64,000 nucleotides of DNA from Mobula hypostoma (Eukaryota), in contig NC_086107.1 in assembly GCF_963921235.1 (NCBI RefSeq), positions 62,186,001-62,250,000 of the forward strand, read 5' to 3'. Below the pieces are notes generated by a model. It was given only the letters and a program-made list of their open reading frames with translations, had not been told where the DNA came from and searched no databases. The position numbers and the translations under genes were made by a program. Positions within the stretch are counted from its first letter, which is position 1; every line of letters begins with the position of its first letter. Below are positions 63,820 through 64,000 of the stretch, piece by piece.

Positions 63820-64000
63820 TATTCAAAATTCAAGATTGTTTAATGTCATTTCTGGTACACAGTGTAAGGAGAATGAAATAACAGTTACTCTGGATCCAAT
63901 GCAGCATATAAAAAATACACACTAAGATAAATAGCACAAAAACACAATAAATATAAGTGCAAAAGATAGCTTATCTGCTTAGGTTGATTATATGTGCCTG
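63820..64000 (-). mobile_element. Retroposon 3' tail (continues beyond window)
   Basis: ttcaaaattcaagattgtttaatgtcattt...gaatgaaataacagttactctggatcc. Confidence 0.55.

Overview
AT-rich, repeat-dense vertebrate genomic DNA. The repeat spectrum (V-/Deu-/CORE-type SINEs, CR1, Rex1/Babar-like LINEs, very abundant Penelope-like termini) suggests a cartilaginous fish, probably a ray; this is inferred, not verified. The only host coding sequence I can support is two + strand exons of the potassium channel gene KCNQ1: 41578-41653 (76 nt) and 44397-44491 (95 nt), equivalent to human exons 12 and 13 (helix B and helix C of the C-terminus). The rest of the window is therefore KCNQ1 intron, filled with nested, mostly decayed transposons: two near full-length CR1 LINEs, many Rex1/Babar-like fragments, one very young Rex1 inside a solo LTR, a Tc1 transposon, a Tc1-derived non-autonomous family, and RTE and L2 fragments. 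The most notable unexplained structure is a set of about 15 short Penelope-like element (PLE) termini. Many are fold-back palindromes with 11-16 bp target-site duplications and carry minimal type I hammerhead ribozyme motifs (AGUC-CUGANGA-A-stem II-GAAA-CGUC-GACU); a second, unrelated hammerhead family is also present. Two copies with intact cores lie in the sense strand of the KCNQ1 pre-mRNA. Several repeat-free blocks look like conserved enhancers. Most ORFs in the supplied track are transposon relics or chance frames. Repeat boundaries are read by eye and approximate unless a TSD is given.
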